Shown: positions 62,193 to 64,000 of the stretch, piece by piece
Layout of the letters: each line of letters opens with the position of its first letter
Numbering within the stretch: the stretch's first letter is position 1
NCBI GenBank assembly: GCA_038087875.1
Contig: CM075996.1
Location: 1,800,001-1,864,000, forward strand
Length of the DNA stretch: 64,000 bases
DNA from: Malacoraja senta
Taxonomy: Eukaryota
Direction: 5' to 3'
The notes under the pieces: model-generated
The model's input: only the letters and a program-made list of their open reading frames with translations
Told to the model about the DNA's origin: nothing
Database searches by the model: none
Position numbers and translations under genes: made by a program

Positions 62193-63659
62193 GTTTCGAC
62201 TGGAAACCTCCTTCACCAAATCAAAGGTGGGAATTTTGGAGACAGTCTGTGGGCATGTGCGCCATAAACCCCCCCCCCCCCTCTCCCCCCTCCTCCCGCA
62301 TATCTCCAAACACATGGGGATTTCCATTGGCCTGTTCAATGGAGGATCTACCAACTTCACTGACACCACTTTCCTGGGAAACCCGCGATCATGCTCACTG
62401 CAAACTACCTATTGGGATTGAAGAGTCGTGGACCAGAGGGTCGTAGCCTCAAAATAAAAGGACGTTCCTTTAGACAGGAGATGAAGAAGAATTTCTTTAG
62501 TCTGAGGGGTGGACTTCATTGGCCACAGAGGGCTGTGGAGGCCAAGTCAATCGATATGTTTTAAGGCGAAGATTGACAGATTCTTGACTAGTAAAGGGTG
62601 TAATTGAGTTATGGGGAGAAGGCAGGAGAATGGGAGTGATAGGTCAGTCATGATTGGATGGCAGAGTAGACTTGGTGGGCCGAATGGCCTTATTCTGATC
62701 CTAGAATTTATGAACTTACGAATGCATTGAAAAACCTACCCGTTCTAGACAAATGGGTGATAGGTAAAGGTTGACCTCTAAGCAATAATTTCTTCCCTTC
62801 TGGGGTATGCCCCATGTGCGTACAATGTTAAGCGTTTCTATTCTCCTAATATCCTCCCATTCCTAGGCCCTCTGGTGTCCTAACTTACATTAGGGAACAT
62901 TTCTATTTCACTATCTCAACCAGAATCTGTCTCCAGGCGAGCAAGGAGCAGCAAAGAGTGCTTCTTAACTCAGACGTGGATGGGCAGAAGGGGGCGGGAG
63001 GGCATCCCACTGCTTCAAGCTAACACCCCACGCAGGCCAGCATGGGTTCCAACATTTGTTCACCGCTACACGGTGAAGGTGTACCCATGAGAACGCTCCC
63101 TCACCGCTGCGCCTCTACAGAGATTGGACATCACCGCGGGGTGAAGACAGCACAGGAGAATGGTTCTGCTTAAATAACAGGGGGACACCAGGCAAGTGGG
63201 ACAAGCCTTCACATCAACCGTGTGTAGCTTCTGTCCTTAGAGATTGGATTCCCTCGCCTCCAACTCACGCCCACATCCACACCCACGGGGTCAAATCAAT
63301 GGGAATAGGGAGGAACGCCGTGAAAGAGTAGATAGTCTGTCTTTACTCTAATATACCACTCTGCTGAGTTAGAGAGTCATTGTCATAGCCCTTCGGCCCA
63401 ACTCGCCCACACTGGCCAACATGTCCCAGCTACACTCGTCCCACCTGCCTGCGTTTGGTCCATATCCCTCCAAACCTGTCCTATCCATGTACATGTCTAA
63501 CTGTTTCTTAAACGTCCCAGCCTAAACTACCTCCTCTGGCAGCTCGTTCCATACACCCACCACCCTGTGTGTGAAAAAGTTACCCCTCAGATTCCTATTA
63601 AATTATTTCCCCTTCACCTTAAGCCGAAGTCCTCGATTCTCCTACTCTGGCGAGAATGT

Positions 63660-64000
63660 CTCTCTATGTGAGTTAATTGGCGTTAACTACTCGCCGGGTG
63701 TGGTTCGAGGCGGCGAGAGAGGGTCGGAATAGCCTTGTTAAAAGTTGTCCAACGAGATGGGATAGAGATTTACAGCGGGCCCATTGCCACGCCCCCTTCA
63801 ATACGAGGAAGTAAACAATCTCATTGCGTTTATCGGAAACTGCTTTCGTCGGAGCTCTGAGCTGCAGCGCTACTCGAAATAAAACACCAAGAGATGGCGA
63901 GACAATCGCTCAATTCCTTCCTTCTAAGTCTGCGCTCGCTTCTTCTGGGCAATTGCAATGTTTCTATATATTAATGTATCCTCGCCCACAACCACCGCCC
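63660..64000. promoter_or_regulatory. Promoter-like CpG-enriched patch
   Basis: KLF/SP motif GCCACGCCCCC (63786-63796), overlapping ETS/FOX AGGAAGTAAACA (63806-63817), YY1-like AGATGGCG (about 63892). Confidence 0.4.

Overview
Repeat-dense, non-coding vertebrate genomic DNA with a 200-N assembly gap at 37714-37913. The repeat content points to a cartilaginous fish (skate/ray/shark): HE1-type tRNA/V-SINEs sharing their 3' tail with CR1/HER1-type LINEs. This is inferred from remembered family features, not a database search. No host protein-coding exon is recognisable. All credible ORFs are transposon-derived: a frameshifted CR1 ORF2, a Rex1/Babar RT fragment, an L2 C-terminus and a Penelope/Neptune GIY-YIG domain. 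Host-like signals are a probable promoter/first exon near 6.9-7.4 kb, promoter-like patches near 58 kb and 63.8 kb, and several enhancer-like unique islands. The main finding is a set of tiny ribozyme-bearing retroposons. (1) A 138-bp TSD-flanked insert (30171-30308, minus) starts exactly at G1 of a 54-nt minimal CPEB3/HDV-like ribozyme fold. (2) A different 127-bp TSD-flanked insert (32940-33066) starts at G1 of an R2/HDV-like P1-P3-L3-P1.1 core. (3) Many Penelope-derived 100-200 bp elements carry a minimal hammerhead motif; one has both a filled and an empty site inside a local inverted duplication. All folds were paired by eye and none has been tested.
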